From an uncultured Phycisphaerales bacterium (GTDB lineage Bacteria; Planctomycetota; Phycisphaerae; Tepidisphaerales; Tepidisphaeraceae), in assembly GCA_963755915.1 (NCBI GenBank), contig CAVWLP010000003.1, forward strand, positions 704,001-768,000: a stretch of 64,000 bases of DNA. The letters are read 5' to 3'. Below are positions 59,923 to 64,000 of this stretch, one piece after another (the stretch's first letter is position 1; each line of letters starts with the position of its first letter). The translations under genes were made by a program, and so were the position numbers. Below the pieces are notes generated by a model. It was not told the origin of the DNA and did no database searches. It saw only the letters and a list, made by a program, of their open reading frames with translations.

Positions 59923-60909
59923 ATGTCCCTCTACTCCGCCATCCTCGCTGGTTTCGGCAGTCAACTGCCCGACAAGCGTCTGACCAACGACGATCTCTCG
60001 AAGATGGTCGAAACCAATGACGAATGGATTACCCAGCGCACCGGGATCAAGGAGCGGCGCATTGCCGGCGAGGAGGATTCGACGGCTTCCCTCGCCACCG
60101 CGGCAGCACGCAAAGCCATTGCCTCCGCGGGGCTGGAGCCGGGCGATATCGACCTGATCGTCTGCGCCACGATCACGCCTGAGATGGTCTTTCCGTCGAC
60201 CGCATGCTTTGTCGGCGCGGCCCTGGGGATTGCGGGCACGCCGGCCTTCGACATGTCGGCGGCCTGCAGCGGATTTATTTACGCCCTCGTGACGGGGTCC
60301 AATTTCATCCGCACGGGGCAATACCGAAATGTGCTGGTCATCGGCGCTGAAACGCTAAGCCGGATCACCGATTACACCGATCGCTCGAGCTGCATTCTCT
60401 TCGGCGACGGCGCCGGGGCGGTGGTCTTGAAGCGATCCAGCGAACCGGGCAAGGGGGTTATCTACAGTTCGCTTCATGCCGACGGGTCGGGCGCGGATGC
60501 GATGAAATGCCAGCCCGGCAGCCGATTCCCGATCAACCAGCAGATGCTGCTCGATCGGAATCAGTATATGAAGATCAAGGGGCGCGAGGTCTACAAATTC
60601 GCGGTGACCAAGTTCGAGGAGCTTATTCACGAAGCCATGCGGGCCTGCGAGCTGACAGAAAAAGACGTGAAGCTCATCATCCCACACCAGGTTAATCAGC
60701 GCATCATCGACTCGGCAATGGAAAAGCTGGAGATGCCGAAAGAAAAAGCCTTCGTGAACATCGACCGCTACGGCAACACTTCGGCCGCCAGCATTCCCAT
60801 TGCGATGGACGAGGCCCATCGCCTCGGCCGCTTCGGCAAGGGGGATGCGATCATTTTCGTCGCCTTCGGCGGCGGTCTCACCTGGGCCAACGCGGTAGTC
60901 AGGATCTAG
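59923..60909 (+). CDS. fabH: 3-oxoacyl-ACP synthase III
   Basis: AACSGF, LFGDGAGA, IPHQVN, YGNTSAASIP, FGGGLTW. Confidence 0.96.
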   Translation: MSLYSAILAGFGSQLPDKRLTNDDLSKMVETNDEWITQRTGIKERRIAGEEDSTASLATAAARKAIASAGLEPGDIDLIVCATITPEMVFPSTACFVGAALGIAGTPAFDMSAACSGFIYALVTGSNFIRTGQYRNVLVIGAETLSRITDYTDRSSCILFGDGAGAVVLKRSSEPGKGVIYSSLHADGSGADAMKCQPGSRFPINQQMLLDRNQYMKIKGREVYKFAVTKFEELIHEAMRACELTEKDVKLIIPHQVNQRIIDSAMEKLEMPKEKAFVNIDRYGNTSAASIPIAMDEAHRLGRFGKGDAIIFVAFGGGLTWANAVVRI

Positions 60910-60910
60910 C

Positions 60911-61825
60911 ATGGCGGCGCAGACCTACATCCTCTGCCCGGGCCAGGGCGCTCAAGCTGTGGGAATGGGCAAGGCGCTGTGCGAATCCTTCCCGGCGGCA
61001 AAGGACCTCTTCGATCGCTCGTCTAAAATCCTTGGATTCGATCTGGCCAAAATCTGCTTCGAAGGCCCCGAAGAACAGCTCAGCAAAACCGATGTCAGCC
61101 AGCCGGCGCTTTACGTCGCCGGCGTGGCCAGTTTTCGGCACGCCGTCGAATCGGGGAAGTTCGACGCGGCCGCTGTGACTGCCTATGCAGGTCTGAGTCT
61201 CGGCGAATACACCGCGCTGCATCTGGCCGGAACATTCGGCTTTGAGGAGGGCCTGAAGCTGGTTGCCCTGCGCGGGAAATATATGCAGGAGGCGGCGGTC
61301 GCCACGCTCAGCGGAATGGTCGCACTCATCGGCGCGGATGAAGCTGTCGCGAAAAAGATTTGCGAAGAAGCCGCCGGCGGGCAGGTGCTTGTGCCGGCGA
61401 ATTTCAACGCCCCCGGGCAGATCGTCATCAGCGGCGCGATCGAAGCCTGCGGCCGCGCCGTCGCGGCTGCTGAAGCCCATGGAATTCGCGCCATGCCGCT
61501 CAAGGTCGCGGGCGCGTTTCACAGCCCGCTCATGCGGCCTGCCGCCGACAAAATGATTGCGGAATTGGCCAGGGTCGCCTTCTCTCGCCCCGGCAAAACC
61601 GTATACTCCAACGTGACGGCTGCCCCGCACGGCGACGCCGATTCGATCAAAAAGCTCCTCGTCGAGCAGATCGTTTCGCCCGTGAAATGGGAGCAGACGA
61701 TGCAGGCGATTGCCAGCCAGTTGGCTTCAGCCGAAGCGCGATTCATCGAGCTTTCGCCGGGCAAGACGCTGGCGGGCCTGGCCAAGCGGATCAATCGGCG
61801 AATGGCCGTCGAAAGCCTGGGATAG
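60911..61825 (+). CDS. fabD: Malonyl-CoA:ACP transacylase
   Basis: PGQGAQ, GLSLGEY, VAGAFHS. Confidence 0.95.
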   Translation: MAAQTYILCPGQGAQAVGMGKALCESFPAAKDLFDRSSKILGFDLAKICFEGPEEQLSKTDVSQPALYVAGVASFRHAVESGKFDAAAVTAYAGLSLGEYTALHLAGTFGFEEGLKLVALRGKYMQEAAVATLSGMVALIGADEAVAKKICEEAAGGQVLVPANFNAPGQIVISGAIEACGRAVAAAEAHGIRAMPLKVAGAFHSPLMRPAADKMIAELARVAFSRPGKTVYSNVTAAPHGDADSIKKLLVEQIVSPVKWEQTMQAIASQLASAEARFIELSPGKTLAGLAKRINRRMAVESLG

Positions 61826-61837
61826 GAGAAGAGTGTC

Positions 61838-62575
61838 ATGGTGGACAAACGCGTGGCGATCGTAACCGGCGGATCTCGCGGCATCGGCGCGGCGATCGTG
61901 CGCCGACTCGCCGGCGACGGGATGCACGTCATCGCCCTCGCCAGAAACCAGGAAAAACTTCAGCAGGTGTGCGCGGAAACTTCCGCCGCCGGCGGGGCGG
62001 CCGAGCCTCTCGTCTGCGACATCGCCGACAGCAAAGCCCTCGCCGCGGGCATCGAATCCGTCGCCGAACGGCTCGGGCGGATCGACGTGCTGGTCAACAA
62101 CGCCGGCATCACCCGCGACGGCCTTGTCCTCCGGATGGAAGACGAGGATTTTGACACCGTCATCGCGACCAACCTCAAAAGCGCCTTCGTTGCCATCCGC
62201 TCCGCGGCGCGGCCCATGATGCGCGCCAAGGGCGGCCGCATCATCAACATCAGCTCCATCTCTGGCGTCGCCGGAAACGCCGGGCAGGCCAACTATGCGG
62301 CCAGCAAGGCGGGCCTCATCGGGCTCAGCAAGTCGGTCGCCAAGGAGCTGGCGGGGAAAAACATCACCTGCAACGTCGTGGCGCCGGGATTTGTGGTTTC
62401 GGATATGACGGATGTGCTCAGCGACCAGATCAAAGAGGGCGTGAAGAACTTTATTCCGCTGAAGCGGTTTGGCATGCCGCAGGAAATCGCCGCCGTGGTC
62501 AGTTTTCTGGCCAGCCCCGATGCCAGTTACATGACGGGGCAGGTATTATGCGTGGATGGGGGCATGGTGATGTGA
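61838..62575 (+). CDS. fabG: 3-oxoacyl-ACP reductase
   Basis: TGGSRGIG, NNAGITRD, GQANYAASK. Confidence 0.96.
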   Translation: MVDKRVAIVTGGSRGIGAAIVRRLAGDGMHVIALARNQEKLQQVCAETSAAGGAAEPLVCDIADSKALAAGIESVAERLGRIDVLVNNAGITRDGLVLRMEDEDFDTVIATNLKSAFVAIRSAARPMMRAKGGRIINISSISGVAGNAGQANYAASKAGLIGLSKSVAKELAGKNITCNVVAPGFVVSDMTDVLSDQIKEGVKNFIPLKRFGMPQEIAAVVSFLASPDASYMTGQVLCVDGGMVM

Positions 62576-62659
62576 GCGGTTGGCAAAACCCTTACGCACC
62601 GATATAGTTTGTCCCCTTGGGCCGTGTGGCCTATGGACTCATTGTTAGGGCAGGTGGAT

Positions 62660-62902
62660 ATGGCAGAAGATATTGAGCAGAAAGTGATCGAAATCGTCAG
62701 CGAGCAGATGGGCGTCGATAAAAGTGAAGTCACCCGTGAGACTCACTTTATCAACGACCTGAATGCCGACTCGCTCGACACCGTCGAGCTGGTCATGGAG
62801 TTCGAGGATGAATTCGAGCTGTCTATTCCTGATGAAGAGGCGGAGAAAATCCAGACCGTAGGTCAGGCGATCGACTACATCAAAGAACATTCCAGCAAAT
62901 GA
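62660..62902 (+). CDS. acpP: Acyl carrier protein
   Basis: [20 protein letters not shown]. Confidence 0.96.
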   Translation: MAEDIEQKVIEIVSEQMGVDKSEVTRETHFINDLNADSLDTVELVMEFEDEFELSIPDEEAEKIQTVGQAIDYIKEHSSK

Positions 62903-64000
62903 GCTCGCGCCGAGTAGTCTTAACCGGTCTGGGGGTCGTGACCTCTCTGGGCGAAACGGTAGAGGACTTGTGGGGCAACCTCTGCGCCGGCAAGAGCGGA
63001 ATCTCCACCATCTCGCGCTGGGACGCCTCTCAATTCCCCACCCGCTTCGGCGGCGAATGCGCCAGCTTCGACCTGTCGAAATACGACGTCTCCAAGTGGT
63101 CGTCCGAACGGCTGATGCCCAAGCGGCTCGACCGCTTTGGGCAGTTTGGCCTGGCGGCTTCCATTTCCGCGGTGAGCGACTCGGGAATCGACTTTGAACG
63201 CACCGACCGCTATCGCTGCGGAGTCATCATCGGCAGCGGGATCGGGGGGATCGAAACGCTCGAAGACCAGAACAAGATCCTCAACACCCGCGGGATCAGT
63301 CGGGTGAGCCCGTTCACGGTGCCGCGGCTGATGGTCAATGCGGCCAGCGGAAACGTGTCGATCCTCTTCAAGCTTTACGGGCCCAATACGGCCGTCGCGA
63401 CGGCTTGCGCCACCGGGTCCAACGCCATCGGCGACGCGGCGCGGCTGATTCAGCACGACCAGGCGGAAGTCATGATCGCCGGCGGTTCGGAAGCGGCGCT
63501 GTGCGCCCTCGGATTGGGAAGCTTCTGTGCGGCCCGGGCGCTGTCGACGCGGAATGACGATCCGGAGCACGCGAGCCGGCCGTGGGACCGGGACCGGGAT
63601 GGGTTTGTCATGGGGGAGGGCGCGGGGGTCGTTATGCTCGAGGAATATGAACATGCCAAGAAGCGGGGGGCGAAGATTTATTGCGAGCTGATCGGGTATG
63701 GGATGAGCGCGGATGCCTATCACATCACCGCGCCCGATGAGCAGGGGCATGGGGCGAGCCGGGCGATGGATCTGGCGCTGCGGGATGCGAAGATCTCGGC
63801 GGATGAGGTCGAATACATCAACGCCCACGGCACCAGCACGCCGCTGGGCGACCTCGCCGAGACCAAGGCGATGAAGCATTTCTTCAAGGACCATGCTCGG
63901 AAGCTGGTAATCAGCTCAACCAAGAGCGAGCTGGGGCATTTGCTCGGTGCAAGCGGCGGGGTCGAGGCGGTGATCAGCGCGATGACGATTTATCGCAGCA
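62899..64000 (+). CDS. fabF: 3-oxoacyl-ACP synthase II (3'-truncated by the window)
   Basis: Manual translation from ATG 62899 (ATGA overlap with acpP): [15 protein letters not shown]..., [32 protein letters not shown]. Confidence 0.95.
   Translation, partial: MSSRRVVLTGLGVVTSLGETVEDLWGNLCAGKSGISTISRWDASQFPTRFGGECASFDLSKYDVSKWSSERLMPKRLDRFGQFGLAASISAVSDSGIDFERTDRYRCGVIIGSGIGGIETLEDQNKILNTRGISRVSPFTVPRLMVNAASGNVSILFKLYGPNTAVATACATGSNAIGDAARLIQHDQAEVMIAGGSEAALCALGLGSFCAARALSTRNDDPEHASRPWDRDRDGFVMGEGAGVVMLEEYEHAKKRGAKIYCELIGYGMSADAYHITAPDEQGHGASRAMDLALRDAKISADEVEYINAHGTSTPLGDLAETKAMKHFFKDHARKLVISSTKSELGHLLGASGGVEAVISAMTIYRS

Overview
A GC-rich bacterial chromosome window, most likely Planctomycetota (Phycisphaerae/Tepidisphaerales-like; inferred from gene content). 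It is mostly housekeeping and envelope genes: pgi, upp, guaA, the hpf-ptsN-ptsH-ptsI-rne cluster, ribF, tsf/rpsB, nuoG-H-I, aroC, folC, rimO, xseA, the rpmF-plsX-fabH-fabD-fabG-acpP-fabF operon, glycosyltransferases and pilus/T2SS parts. Many conserved genes are split by frameshifts, probably uncorrected long-read indels. Main highlights: (1) a complete IS110/IS1111-type element (55406-56890) whose 3' non-coding region has a readable guide loop matching its own insertion site, a host 9-mer repeat; (2) two divergent copies of a ~190-nt structured element (17390-17580, 39643-39832) with identical cores and compensatory stem changes; (3) a strong local GC-skew reversal centred on an HTH gene, an AT-rich palindrome and direct repeats interrupted by an IS4; (4) a small kinase-like gene with reordered motifs that shares an overlapping CATG start with a divergent gene; (5) a His-rich, probably metal-handling gene pair; (6) several REP-like and tandem-repeat families.
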